Below are positions 9,778 to 19,909 of a stretch of DNA of 64,000 nucleotides, piece after piece. The notes beneath the pieces are model-generated. The model saw only the letters and a program-made list of their open reading frames with translations. It made no database searches and had not been told where the DNA came from. How positions within the stretch are numbered: the stretch's first letter is position 1; every line of letters begins with the position of its first letter. Source of the DNA: Candidatus Latescibacterota bacterium. Its GTDB lineage: Bacteria; Latescibacterota; UBA2968; UBA8231. Both the position numbers and the translations under genes were made by a program. The stretch lies in assembly GCA_965200315.1 (NCBI GenBank), contig OZ241362.1:3264001-3328000 (forward strand). Direction: 5' to 3'.

Positions 9778-10620
9778 TTACAAGTTCTTTAGGATATGCT
9801 CCGCTATACGTCTTGCGGGGCCGATTCCCTTCGGATTCCCAACGCAGAACAAAAATTCAAACAACGCTGAATTCTTTGAATTCTTTAGCGTTCGGGATTT
9901 CTTGAGAAACCTGTCATCGAACAATTGGGTCAGTTTGTTCTTGTATATTTCAATAAGTCCATCGATACCTTCTGAACGCTGCTGTTCTTCATCTCCAAAT
10001 AAGCTGAATTGAGGACTAATGCTGTACAGGTCTCTCCAACTTTCATCGCCGTAGATGAGATTCAAACGGTTGACCCACTTTGCAGAGATGCTATCTGGCT
10101 CTCTCTCCAGAGGCAACATCCGTGCGATTGCCAATGTGGGAAAAAGTATCCAAGTATCCAAGGCTTTGAATGAGGCTATTTTTTCGATTGTCTCCCACTC
10201 TACCTCAGTGGCAAATGGATCGAGAAATAGAACCCCTCGATAGCGTCGCCAATCTTTTTGCAAGTTCTGCAAAAAATCGTTGGCATCCTCGTTTTTTATT
10301 TGAATGTTTTTATTTTGATTGGCTTCTTTTAATGAGTTCAGTTGTATACAACGGTCTTGGTCCTTCTCGACAAAGATGCATTCGTCAAATGGCTTATCAT
10401 CGACATCCACGGCTATTTTTGCAGAGCCTTCTATAAATTCTTTTCTATCCTCGTCAACCGAAGTTAATTCTACTTCCCCTGTACCCGCAAAAGCATCAAT
10501 GTAAATAAGACGGAATGGCTGATTTTTCAGTACTGTGGTATAGGCATCTAGATATTTTTTAAGAATGGCTAATTTCTCTTCTGTCCATGGTCCTCCAAAG
10601 CTCGTATTGGCACTTTTCAT
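9778..10620 (-). CDS. tcmP: Three-Cys-motif partner protein (SAM-dependent methyltransferase-like fold)
   Basis: FGGPWT.EKL.IL..YL.AY, YIDAFAGTG, GSA.IA, FLDPF; adjacent to DUF5131 gene as is typical for the family. Confidence 0.88.
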   Translation of the reverse strand: MKSANTSFGGPWTEEKLAILKKYLDAYTTVLKNQPFRLIYIDAFAGTGEVELTSVDEDRKEFIEGSAKIAVDVDDKPFDECIFVEKDQDRCIQLNSLKEANQNKNIQIKNEDANDFLQNLQKDWRRYRGVLFLDPFATEVEWETIEKIASFKALDTWILFPTLAIARMLPLEREPDSISAKWVNRLNLIYGDESWRDLYSISPQFSLFGDEEQQRSEGIDGLIEIYKNKLTQLFDDRFLKKSRTLKNSKNSALFEFLFCVGNPKGIGPARRIAEHILKNL

Positions 10621-10869
10621 AGGTTTTCTATCCCCACAATTTTCAGGTTCTCAGTTCCATAGTCATTCACGCCTTGACATCTGCTCGTCTGTACTTGCAA
10701 GCCCCGCTTTTAGCATGGTAGATTCCATGCCCTCTTTGGAGAATCAAATGTCAATTGAACCGAGTCAACCCTATTTTCTGAATAGGACTCCGCTATGCCA
10801 ACGGTAAGACTTGAGCTAGGCGTTTACGCCGTCGGCAGTGCCGAGTAACGCGCAAAAGTCACCGAGTTT

Positions 10870-12822
10870 TCAGGCCGCCGCCGCATCTGATCCCAAAATC
10901 TCGGCGTTGACATAAGCACGAAAAGCTTCCGCCTCCGTGAAGCACCGATATCCGGCTGAGCTGGCCATTGACAGTATTTCAGCCGGTTCGTTCAGCAGAA
11001 CCGCCACCGGAACGCTCAGCCCAGGTTGAAGACCGTCAGGCCAAGCGAGATCGAGCACAGCGAGTTGGGTGCCAGTGGTTTCATCGGACAAATCGAAACT
11101 GATCTGGCCTCGTGGTAGCCCTTCCCTTTCTATCCAGTCGTTGATGGCCTCAAGCTCTCTTTCTTCCGCTTCAGTGGCGATGTCGCCAAGCGGCACTTCG
11201 GTGGCGGCAACAGTGTCAGCCATAGTTGTCTCCGATGGAATATCTAGCCACTCAGTATTGTCGTGCAGAAGTTGCTCGAAGTGACGGTTTGCTTCTCTGG
11301 CCAAAAGCTCTCTTCGCACCGCAAGGAAATCGGAATAATTGTCGATTTTCCAGAGGTTTTGGTCGTCGGGAATCCACTGCGATGCCAATGCGCCCGGATG
11401 CCGTTCCTCGATCTCAGCGAAATACTCTTCGGGCAGGCGGTCGCTAATGGAGAGATTCGTGCCTTTCGTCAGAAAGCAGTAGTTGGCCAGTGCGTTGACC
11501 TGCGGTTTCCCGTGCCCACACTTGTACAGCCGGGCTTTGGGAAAGATGTGATGTACTTCAAGCCTATTCATCCTGCCGAGAAGATTCGTACGCAATGGGA
11601 GCCCATTGCCCCAGTCCAGAGACTCGCCCATACGAGTCAGCATGTAGAGCACAGGATAAAACCGCGCTCCGCGGCCCCAAGAATCGAAGTGCCCAGGCTC
11701 GATACGAAGCCCGCCATGCGATAACTGTAGTTCCCTCAACAGCGCGTCGAGGTTGCCCTTAGACTCTTCAAGTGCCGCCAGATCCCGGTCTATAACAGTC
11801 TCCGTCGATCCAGAGAAACGACCCCACATCCCCGCCTGAGCAAACCAGAACAACAGTTTGTCGCGCTCGTTATCGCTGAGTGTTCCGCATTTCTGGTCCA
11901 AGTAGCGCACCATGACCGGTACAGCGAAGCGACCAAAAAGGACCCGATCGTGATCGAGTCCAAGCCGCCCAGCAATCATATTCAAGCATTCATCGATAAA
12001 TTTGTTGGCGCGTTGCAGGCCGTCTTGGATGTCTAGCGAGTCTCGATCATGCAGATAACTGAACTGCGCTTCTCCGGTGAGTACCGTGTTGACCGAACGC
12101 AGCAGCCAGTCGAGCGTGAACTCGTACCCGACTTCCTCCCAATCCCTCAGTTTGGCCTTCATAGTGTCGCGGGCGTCGGGCCATTCGGCACAAATTTTGG
12201 CGAGAGCCAGATCGCCCTTGGACAGTTTGGTCCCGCCGCTATTAACGCGATTGAAGATGTCCACGACGACATCCAAGGTTTTGTCCGTGCCAGTGACCTC
12301 GTCAATATGCAGATCAATCTCGTCAATACCGAGGAGCCTGGTTAGGCGACCGATGTAGGCACTCATTTTTTTTGCATCTTCGGGGATGAATCCAACAAGG
12401 CCGTCGTTACCCTCCTGCATTAGATTGGTCACGTCCACCCATAGTGGATCGGCCTTCATCTTCACTGGCTGGTAGAACTCGAAGATTTCTTCCTCCAAGT
12501 GAAACCGAAGTCCGGTAAATTTTGAATCATTGCCGTCAAAGAACTTCGGTGGATGACCACGCATCACGCCGTACAACGAGGTCACGCGCTGCTGGCCGTC
12601 AAGCAATAGCTTCACGATTCCAGCCGCTAGCGAACCTTCGCCCCGATGCGCCGCCCCCTTCGCTTCGGTTGCCCAGACCAGCAGACCGCCAACCGGATGT
12701 CGCCGGTAGAGCGAGTGAAAGAGTCCGCGCACCTGCTCACGGCTCCAGACATAGCCGCGCTGAAATTCGGGCAAGGCGATATGACCGGAGTCGATGTGGT
12801 CGAGAATAGTCGAGATTTTCAT
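10870..12822 (-). CDS. GmrSD-like type IV restriction endonuclease (DUF262 + HNH) with C-terminal extension
   Basis: LPEFQRGYVW, LLDGQQR, IFNRVNSGG.KL (DUF262); EVHHIFPK...NALANYCFL...N (HNH). Confidence 0.85.
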   Translation of the reverse strand: MKISTILDHIDSGHIALPEFQRGYVWSREQVRGLFHSLYRRHPVGGLLVWATEAKGAAHRGEGSLAAGIVKLLLDGQQRVTSLYGVMRGHPPKFFDGNDSKFTGLRFHLEEEIFEFYQPVKMKADPLWVDVTNLMQEGNDGLVGFIPEDAKKMSAYIGRLTRLLGIDEIDLHIDEVTGTDKTLDVVVDIFNRVNSGGTKLSKGDLALAKICAEWPDARDTMKAKLRDWEEVGYEFTLDWLLRSVNTVLTGEAQFSYLHDRDSLDIQDGLQRANKFIDECLNMIAGRLGLDHDRVLFGRFAVPVMVRYLDQKCGTLSDNERDKLLFWFAQAGMWGRFSGSTETVIDRDLAALEESKGNLDALLRELQLSHGGLRIEPGHFDSWGRGARFYPVLYMLTRMGESLDWGNGLPLRTNLLGRMNRLEVHHIFPKARLYKCGHGKPQVNALANYCFLTKGTNLSISDRLPEEYFAEIEERHPGALASQWIPDDQNLWKIDNYSDFLAVRRELLAREANRHFEQLLHDNTEWLDIPSETTMADTVAATEVPLGDIATEAEERELEAINDWIEREGLPRGQISFDLSDETTGTQLAVLDLAWPDGLQPGLSVPVAVLLNEPAEILSMASSAGYRCFTEAEAFRAYVNAEILGSDAAAA

Positions 12823-12918
12823 GTCAGCTCCTCAAATTATTCATGATGACGGTGGACCTCTCTCGGTTGAAGCGCTCGATTACGCGGCGAGGTTTTATAG
12901 GCAATGAACACGGCCCCG

Positions 12919-15528
12919 TCAATAGGCAACAGCCACAGTGCGCAGAACAGTCTTATCCTCAACTTGGGCTCCCGTCGTATTAGTACGGATGTGCAGGCGT
13001 ACGCAGTACAGGCCCGGCGGCACTAGCTCTCCGCCCTCGTCCCGTCCATCCCAGCCAATCTTATATGAGCCGGCGCTCAGGGCCCGCTGTTCGCCGAGGA
13101 CGCGCACTCGTCGGCCATCGAGATAGCAAACCGCAGCTTCCACCGGACTATCGTCTTCCACCCTCACTACTTTGAAAAAGAAAAAAGTCCGGTCGTTGAT
13201 CCCGTCCCCATTGGGCGAAAACACCGCGGGGCGCACGGCCACCTCCGTGAGCAGAGCTTGGTGCTCAAAGGAACCAACCACAGTAGTGGTGTTGCCGGGG
13301 ATACGCGCCAGCACATCGCTTGGGTCAACCCGCTGCCAAGTGCCCCCGTCGGCCGCATCGCTGTTGCGCAGGGCCGCCTGCAAGACGGCACCTGTGGCAA
13401 AGAGAGCGGTGGTAAAATCGAGCCGCAGAATCTCTATCGCGCTGTCGGGTCCGACTCTGGGGAAGCGCACTAGCAGCGAGTCCGGTGCTGTCGGCACCAC
13501 TTCCACGTGTTCCAGCGCTGGCACCTGCTCAGCCGCCGCGTTGAACTCATCCGCCCGCCCGCCAAAAACCCCACCTAGGCTCAGCGCCATGTTGGCCGGG
13601 GCCGTGAGGAGCAACTCGTCAAAGCCGGGGTCTAGGCGCTCGAAGCGGGGCTGCACATAGAGCGAAAAGGTGCGCTCGACGCCGAGCTGGTCCACCTCGA
13701 AGGGCGCGATCTCCGCCCGCAAGCTCTGCGCCACCGGGTCGGCGAAGTGCAGCCGGATCGAGCGCAGTGTCGGCGTACGATCCGGGGCGGTCGACAGCAA
13801 CGTTGCCCGAATTGTGAGGAATCCCCGCGGTGACGGCGAGGTAATAGGGCTACCCTCGGCTCGGACATAGGGCGCGCTCCAGTCGCCCCAGTCGCCCTTG
13901 GGCACTTCCTCGGCGACGATATCGCCCTTAAAGATCGACAGCAGCTTGCCGTACTGCTCCTCGGTCACTTCCGTGCCGTCGTTTTTGAAGTAGTGGAGTA
14001 TTTGGCCCAACTCGTCGCCGGTGCGAGTCTGGATCAGGACGCGCGTACCCGGCGGCTCGTCGGCATCCCATTCGATAGAGTGCAGATTGCGGCTACCCCC
14101 CAGCCGGATCAGATCGGATTCTAGGCTCACTTCCGGTTGGAAACCCTCCCCGTATAGCTGCATCTCCGCCATGGTGGCGATTTGGGTCCCGATCCGCTCC
14201 ATGTTCCACTGAATGCGAGCGAAGCGTGCTTTGATCGGCTCGAATTGGGTGCCTTCAAGGCGGGCGTTCGGTGCCCTGCCGTAAACGGTTTGACCCTGGT
14301 CCAAGGTGGCCCGGGTGATCCATTTGAGCTTGCCATCGGCGGCTAGGGAGCCGTCGGAAAAGTCGAGCCGATAGTTGCGAAAAGAGCCGAAACGCCCCCC
14401 CCCGAGGCCGCTATAAGCCAGCCGATAGGTATCGATCCAGTAAAAAGCCCCTAGATCAAAGACCAGTTCCTTTATGGGATCGGGGACCGCGGATTCGACG
14501 CCGAAGTAGATGCCGCTAAAACTGTCCAAGTCGCCATCGACCAAACTCTTAAGGGCTAAGGTCTGCGCGGCCGTAGTGGCAATGGTCCCGCCGCGGTCCA
14601 GTAGGCCGGCGACGAGCTCGTCCCCTTCGTTCCACACCTCTAATTCGGCTAGGCGGGGCTGCTCCCGGCGGAAGTAGCGGATGCGGCCCTGACGCTCCTC
14701 CTCGAGGAGCTCGTACACTCTTTGCGCGACGGGCATCTCGCGGCCGTCTAATTGCCGCTTGCGGTACTGGATGGCTCCTTGATCCCCGGTCAGTGCTTCG
14801 TACTCCGCCCGGGTGATTTCCGTGCCCAATGGTCCATCGGTACCCGTCACCAGAATCTGCACAAAGCGCACAGGAGCGGCTTCTATTGTGGGTTCCCATT
14901 TGGTCAAGTCAACTTCAAAGACCCGCTGGCTCTTATTTTTTTTCAAGGTGCGCAGCACAGTCTCAAAGGCTCGCGCTCCGCTCCCCTTTACGCGACTCGG
15001 TTCACGGCCGTTAGAGACTAGAACATCAAAGAGGAGAAAGGGGTCGCCTAGCCCCTCCTCGACAAAGCGCACGACAAGTTTCTTGGCGAAGACTAAGCGG
15101 CCCAAATCGACGATAAACCACCACTGCAAGGCCAGATCAACCTCATCGCTGGGGGGGGCAGGTTCCCAGTAGGTGGTCATATCGCCGTCGAAGACCTTAG
15201 CCACATCGGCGACATTAGAGCGACCTTCAATAGCGTCGGCCAAGGTGATTGTCTCGGGCTCCTTATCGCCTAGCGAAGGGGGAGGATTGAAGCGCAGGTA
15301 ATCGACGATATCTAAGGCCGCATTGGTATTTTTTTCAATGCGCGGAGCCTGTACCGCTCCCTCGGGAGAAATGACCAAGGTTCCGGGGGGAAAGGTCCAG
15401 TTTTGCCAGTGGTTGCGACTGTTTATGACGACTTGATTGTCTCTGACCCGGTGGCCGGCGTTCTGGGCCCAAACCTCATGGGTATCGGTCAGTACTAGGA
15501 CTAACAGGAGGCGGACAAATCCCGTCAT
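12919..15528 (-). CDS. Secreted multidomain protein with C-terminal FlgD-Ig/T9SS-CTD-like domain (subtype A)
   Basis: Signal peptide; discoidin-like DGD.TTYW...WFIVDLG; FSPNGDGIND...WDGRD..G..VPPGLY; ends VAVAY; paralog of 58196-60688. Confidence 0.8.
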   Translation of the reverse strand: MTGFVRLLLVLVLTDTHEVWAQNAGHRVRDNQVVINSRNHWQNWTFPPGTLVISPEGAVQAPRIEKNTNAALDIVDYLRFNPPPSLGDKEPETITLADAIEGRSNVADVAKVFDGDMTTYWEPAPPSDEVDLALQWWFIVDLGRLVFAKKLVVRFVEEGLGDPFLLFDVLVSNGREPSRVKGSGARAFETVLRTLKKNKSQRVFEVDLTKWEPTIEAAPVRFVQILVTGTDGPLGTEITRAEYEALTGDQGAIQYRKRQLDGREMPVAQRVYELLEEERQGRIRYFRREQPRLAELEVWNEGDELVAGLLDRGGTIATTAAQTLALKSLVDGDLDSFSGIYFGVESAVPDPIKELVFDLGAFYWIDTYRLAYSGLGGGRFGSFRNYRLDFSDGSLAADGKLKWITRATLDQGQTVYGRAPNARLEGTQFEPIKARFARIQWNMERIGTQIATMAEMQLYGEGFQPEVSLESDLIRLGGSRNLHSIEWDADEPPGTRVLIQTRTGDELGQILHYFKNDGTEVTEEQYGKLLSIFKGDIVAEEVPKGDWGDWSAPYVRAEGSPITSPSPRGFLTIRATLLSTAPDRTPTLRSIRLHFADPVAQSLRAEIAPFEVDQLGVERTFSLYVQPRFERLDPGFDELLLTAPANMALSLGGVFGGRADEFNAAAEQVPALEHVEVVPTAPDSLLVRFPRVGPDSAIEILRLDFTTALFATGAVLQAALRNSDAADGGTWQRVDPSDVLARIPGNTTTVVGSFEHQALLTEVAVRPAVFSPNGDGINDRTFFFFKVVRVEDDSPVEAAVCYLDGRRVRVLGEQRALSAGSYKIGWDGRDEGGELVPPGLYCVRLHIRTNTTGAQVEDKTVLRTVAVAY

Positions 15529-15549
15529 GTGGATGCCTTTTGCTAAATG

Positions 15550-17481
15550 CTAGTAAACCAACGAAACGATCCGGCTGACGCGGTCCCTGCCTTTATCTGT
15601 CTCCACCTCTAAGCGCAGCAGGTAAACCCCCGGCGGCAACAGCAAGCCGCTGTCGTCGCGGCCGTCCCAAACCACCGCAAAGCGGCCACTCGCGTGAGCA
15701 ACCCGGTCAATGGCCCACAGTTTTCGGCCGCTCAGATCGCACAAGTCAATATACACGAGCGCCGCGCCAGCTAAGTTGAGCAAGTCGTATTCGAGGCGCA
15801 CCTCGTCGTTGACCCCGTCGCTGTTGGGCGTACAAATCGACGACACCAATTCCACCCGGCCGATGGCCTCGATGCCGACATTCGCTAGGACCACCTGCAA
15901 CGTCGCGCTATCATTTTGCACATCCGCGTCCCCCACGACTACTGATTGGGCCACTTCGTGGGGCTGGGTACTGTCGGAAACCCGCCCCGAGAAAACGGTG
16001 CCGTACTGAAATACCTGAGCCTTGAAGTCGATCTCGATGAGATCTAGGGATCGCCGCACATCGATGTGGGGAATCTGCACGGCAAAGCCCGACTGATCCA
16101 GCCTAGCCACGGCAAAGGCTTCGTCGCGCCCGTCCATGCGCACGGCATCGATGCTCACGGCGCGCTTAGGCGTGTCGATTTCCACTTGGTCGAATCCCGC
16201 TTCATCGCCGGTGAAATGAGGCAGGATCTTGTAGGTGAAAGACACGGTTTGGCCGGGGCGGACCTGTGGCGGCTCGATCTCCGCAATAATATGCGCCGCC
16301 CGGGGCTGGGAAGCGGCGAATTGTAGGTAGTTTAGGCGACCGCCAGCCGCGGGCCGTGAGTGGAAATCGGCCCGCATCTGAGCAAAACGCCGCGGCCGGT
16401 CCCCGATTGGGCTCCCAGTTCCAGCAGCCAAGGTGATGGGGGCACTCCAATCGCTCCAGTTGCGGGTATCGTAGGTCGTGCCAGCGCGTTCCCCCGATTG
16501 CAGAGCGGCGTACGTCTCCTGAGTCAGGAGCTTGCCCTCGCGATCGAAAAGAGTCTTCTCGTCGCCGCGAAACGTGGTGCGCCAATACAAGTTGGGGTCG
16601 GGGTCGTCACCCAGTCGGGTCCGCACTTCAATGCTCGCTCCCAGAGGTTGGTCGCCGGCCCAAGCCAAGGGACCCAAGATGAAGGGCTGGCCTAGATCGA
16701 TGATAGTGGATTCGTAGCGGGCAAAGGCGCTGAAGCCGGTTCCGTACATTTCGATTTCGGCGATCTCCCAGATACTGCGGATATTGCGGCGTACCGCAAA
16801 CAAGACCTCGCGCACCGATTGTTGGGGGAATTCCAGTTCAACCACGGCATTTGTATTCTCGCGGACATTGTGAATCCGGTCGAAGTCCAATTCTTCGGTA
16901 ACTTTGAGCTCCCGAGTCCCGTCCTTGGCGGGATCGCCGTCGCTGACGCCGACGATAAAACTTTCCGCAAAGCGCTCAAAGCGGAAGCGGTCCCTAGGAT
17001 AGAATCGAATCTTCTGGATAGTGAAGCGTCCCCCCAGATCGAAAACCCAGTACTTAAAGTACCTGTGCGACCTATTTTCCCGGCGGTTGAAAATCCTCCC
17101 CCACGCGACCGACTTGTCCCCTTGATAGACAGTCTCAATATCGCCATCCCAAGCGGCCAGCTCGCTCTCGCCGGGCGCAATCAAGCCATCGTAGCCGCCA
17201 GTGGTGAGGATCGAACCGCCGTTTTCGACAAAGGACGGGAGGAGATTGACAGAGCCATCCAGTTGTTTAGGCTCGATATATTCCGCCTGTAATTGCAGGG
17301 ATTGGGTCTGGGCGCCTGCGGTCGGGACAATTGCACTCCAAGGCACGTGCCTGAATTCATAAGGCACCTCCAGCTCAGGCGGCGGTTGATCGTCCCCACC
17401 AATGCGGTAAATGGTCAGCCCCTGCACGGGCAGGGGCGAGTAGAGACCGAGCAGGAGGAGCAGGGAATACGATCTCGCCAT
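15550..17481 (-). CDS. Secreted multidomain protein with C-terminal FlgD-Ig/T9SS-CTD-like domain (subtype B)
   Basis: Signal peptide then LTIYRIGG; FDLGG.F; TPNSDGVND...WDGRDDSG...PPGVY; ends VSLVY; paralog of 60701-62650; start placed at ATG after GAGGGG. Confidence 0.8.
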   Translation of the reverse strand: MARSYSLLLLLGLYSPLPVQGLTIYRIGGDDQPPPELEVPYEFRHVPWSAIVPTAGAQTQSLQLQAEYIEPKQLDGSVNLLPSFVENGGSILTTGGYDGLIAPGESELAAWDGDIETVYQGDKSVAWGRIFNRRENRSHRYFKYWVFDLGGRFTIQKIRFYPRDRFRFERFAESFIVGVSDGDPAKDGTRELKVTEELDFDRIHNVRENTNAVVELEFPQQSVREVLFAVRRNIRSIWEIAEIEMYGTGFSAFARYESTIIDLGQPFILGPLAWAGDQPLGASIEVRTRLGDDPDPNLYWRTTFRGDEKTLFDREGKLLTQETYAALQSGERAGTTYDTRNWSDWSAPITLAAGTGSPIGDRPRRFAQMRADFHSRPAAGGRLNYLQFAASQPRAAHIIAEIEPPQVRPGQTVSFTYKILPHFTGDEAGFDQVEIDTPKRAVSIDAVRMDGRDEAFAVARLDQSGFAVQIPHIDVRRSLDLIEIDFKAQVFQYGTVFSGRVSDSTQPHEVAQSVVVGDADVQNDSATLQVVLANVGIEAIGRVELVSSICTPNSDGVNDEVRLEYDLLNLAGAALVYIDLCDLSGRKLWAIDRVAHASGRFAVVWDGRDDSGLLLPPGVYLLRLEVETDKGRDRVSRIVSLVY

Positions 17482-17535
17482 TTTCCCCTCATTCGGCAAT
17501 TCTGATCGACGCGGCCAACGCCGGGAAGCGATTTA

Positions 17536-18891
17536 TTAATACGGCGTATCTTTGGTGGTGATGGGGCACCAGCGGGCGGCGAACAAATAGTCGAACAAAA
17601 GCTCCGTCGCCTCCGGCGTCCCAATGCGCTCCAAGGTCTTGGCTGCCTTGGCGCTAACGTAGCGATTCGGATCGTCTAGGGCGGCCACCACGGCTAACTG
17701 CACAGCCTCGGCAGCCGGGCCCAGCCGCGCCAAGCCCAAGGCGGCATTGCGCCGCACCCATTCGTCGTCGTCGCGCAAAACGGCGGCCAATTCCTCCAGC
17801 ACGGCCGAGGGCAATGTGCCCATCGCGCCCAAGGCTTCGGCCGCATGGCCCCGCACCTCGTCCGACGCATCGCCCAATGCCCGCTGCAATGCCGGCACGG
17901 CCGGGGCACCCTCCCGACCCATATCGCCCAAACTATCGACCGCAGCTAGCCGCACGGCCGGATCGTCGTCAGCGCAGGCTTGCGCTAGCGTCTCGACGGC
18001 GGCCGGGCCAGCCGCGGCCAAACCGTAGCCAGCGTTGCGCCGCACGTAGTCCGGCCCTTGGCGCAAGCAGTCCATGAGCGGCCCCACGGCTGGCTCCCCG
18101 GCGCGACCGAGGGCATAGGCCGCCGCTTGACTGGCCGCCTCGGAATCGCCCATCAGCGCCTGCAGCAACGCCGACTGCTCGCCGCTGCCAGCAAGGCCCT
18201 CGGACTGGCCGCCGTACCATTCCCACATACTGTGCCACATAGGTGCCGCGGCGTGACCGTTCCCGGCCCAAGGCTCCCCGCTCGCATCCCAGCTAGGCCC
18301 GTCGGGCTCTTCGAGGCGGACAAAGAGAAACTTGACCATATAGCGAGCCTGCTCGGTGCTGTTGGACGTGGCTCGGTGCCACAAGTCGTAGTGGACAATG
18401 GCGACCGTTCCGGCCTCCCCCGCGAGCGCGACTTGTCGCTCCTCATCCCCTTGGTCGAGGTGGTTGCGATAGTGGCTGCCGGGCACAATGCCCGTGGGGC
18501 CGCGCTCGACCGGCGTGTCCTGCGGATAGTAAAAGGCCATGGCCCAGCGCAGCCGGTGATGCCGCCGGCTCCAGCTATCCTTGTGCAGCCGCTGCCCCTC
18601 CGAACCCGGCTTGTTGAAATGGCAGAAGCGATGTGGATGCAAATAGTACCCCGGTCCCAAAATACTGGTCAGGGCTCCCGCCACCTCGGGTTGGTCGAAC
18701 ACCTGCTGCAAGTCGGGGATGCGGGGCAACAGGTTATTGCCCGGATTGCCCTCGGCAGCCAAGACCTCCTCTATTTGCCCATAAACGGATTGGTGAAAAT
18801 CCGCGGGCAAATCCGTTTTGACCACTGTATAGCCGTCGGCGATGAAAGACTGCATACGGCTATCGTCTAACAAGATCGAGTCAGCACACAT
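17536..18891 (-). CDS. Phytanoyl-CoA dioxygenase (PhyH) family protein fused to HEAT repeats
   Basis: DGY.V, LHKD, PGSH, LWH; C-terminal repeats D....VR..AA.ALG. Confidence 0.88.
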   Translation of the reverse strand: MCADSILLDDSRMQSFIADGYTVVKTDLPADFHQSVYGQIEEVLAAEGNPGNNLLPRIPDLQQVFDQPEVAGALTSILGPGYYLHPHRFCHFNKPGSEGQRLHKDSWSRRHHRLRWAMAFYYPQDTPVERGPTGIVPGSHYRNHLDQGDEERQVALAGEAGTVAIVHYDLWHRATSNSTEQARYMVKFLFVRLEEPDGPSWDASGEPWAGNGHAAAPMWHSMWEWYGGQSEGLAGSGEQSALLQALMGDSEAASQAAAYALGRAGEPAVGPLMDCLRQGPDYVRRNAGYGLAAAGPAAVETLAQACADDDPAVRLAAVDSLGDMGREGAPAVPALQRALGDASDEVRGHAAEALGAMGTLPSAVLEELAAVLRDDDEWVRRNAALGLARLGPAAEAVQLAVVAALDDPNRYVSAKAAKTLERIGTPEATELLFDYLFAARWCPITTKDTPY

Positions 18892-18906
18892 AGCAAAGCT
18901 CCTCGT

Positions 18907-19749
18907 TTAGTGCGTGAGCGCCGCGCCCGGCATCCGATTCCAAGGCACGGGTGCGCCGGCACCCTCATAGGTGGGCAAGAGATCGGCAACCCGTGCTCTA
19001 TCTTCGTCGTCCCAGCCAACCCATTCGCGGGGGCGGGCGATGGCAGCGCGGAGGCCGTCGGAGAGCAGGTCGAAATAAGGGAAATACCACAGGGTAATGA
19101 CGGTGCGGCGCTGGGCCGATTTGTTGGCGTAGGCCGCGTGCAACAGCCGCGAGTCGCCGATGACCACATCTCCCGCCGCCACGGGCACATCCACCTCTTC
19201 GGGAATCGACTGATAGGCCGGATGGTCGGGATCGGCCACGCGGCGCAGCTCGTCGGTGTGGGCGTTGGGCACCTCGTCGTGCATGTGGTGGCGCTTCAGG
19301 TGCGAGCCGCGCAACAGGCGCAGGCAGCCGTTGTGGGGCGTGGTATCGACTAGGTAGTACATCAGGAAAAGCTGCTGGGGCAGAGGCGTATAGCTCGAAG
19401 GATCGTCCCAACCCCACCAATCCTGATGCCAGAACAGCGCCGGGCTGTCGGGCGGTTTGCTGATGACGTAGCCGGACATCCACCGAGGGCGCAAAAAGCC
19501 GAGGGTTTCGAGCGCGGCGCGGGCCGGCGGATAGGCCACGAGTTCGGCGAAAATGGGGTGGATGCCGACATCGATCATGCTGCCGGTGGCGCGCTGTTGG
19601 ACGCGGATTTCTTGGCTTTGAGCGTCGAGCAGTTGGTCGGTGACTTGGCGCAGACGCTGGAGGATGTCGGCGTCGAGGACGTCTTCTACCAAGCAATAGC
19701 CGTCGCGGATGAGTTGGTCGAAGTTTTCTTTAAAATCCTGTTGGGACAT
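18907..19749 (-). CDS. PhyH family Fe(II)/2-oxoglutarate dioxygenase
   Basis: RDGY, WHQD, NGCL...GSH, LLH...N.S..RR; start trimmed to MSQQ after AAGGA. Confidence 0.9.
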   Translation of the reverse strand: MSQQDFKENFDQLIRDGYCLVEDVLDADILQRLRQVTDQLLDAQSQEIRVQQRATGSMIDVGIHPIFAELVAYPPARAALETLGFLRPRWMSGYVISKPPDSPALFWHQDWWGWDDPSSYTPLPQQLFLMYYLVDTTPHNGCLRLLRGSHLKRHHMHDEVPNAHTDELRRVADPDHPAYQSIPEEVDVPVAAGDVVIGDSRLLHAAYANKSAQRRTVITLWYFPYFDLLSDGLRAAIARPREWVGWDDEDRARVADLLPTYEGAGAPVPWNRMPGAALTH

Positions 19750-19909
19750 CGATGTTATTTCCTTTTTTATTTGTCGTTCAGACCCGAGCAACAGCGGCGG
19801 TAATATCCGACCGTTCCATCCTAGCTTGCCTAGCCTGACAGCGCGCCTTGGCAATCATGCGATCAAAATCGCGCATGGAGTTTGTTGCCCAAAATTTGAT
19901 CGCGATTTT

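Noticed and set aside
19859-19909. Inverted repeat GCGATCAAAAT...ATTTGATCGC between PhyH genes
   Set aside because: Single occurrence; could be an operator or stabilising hairpin but function cannot be assigned
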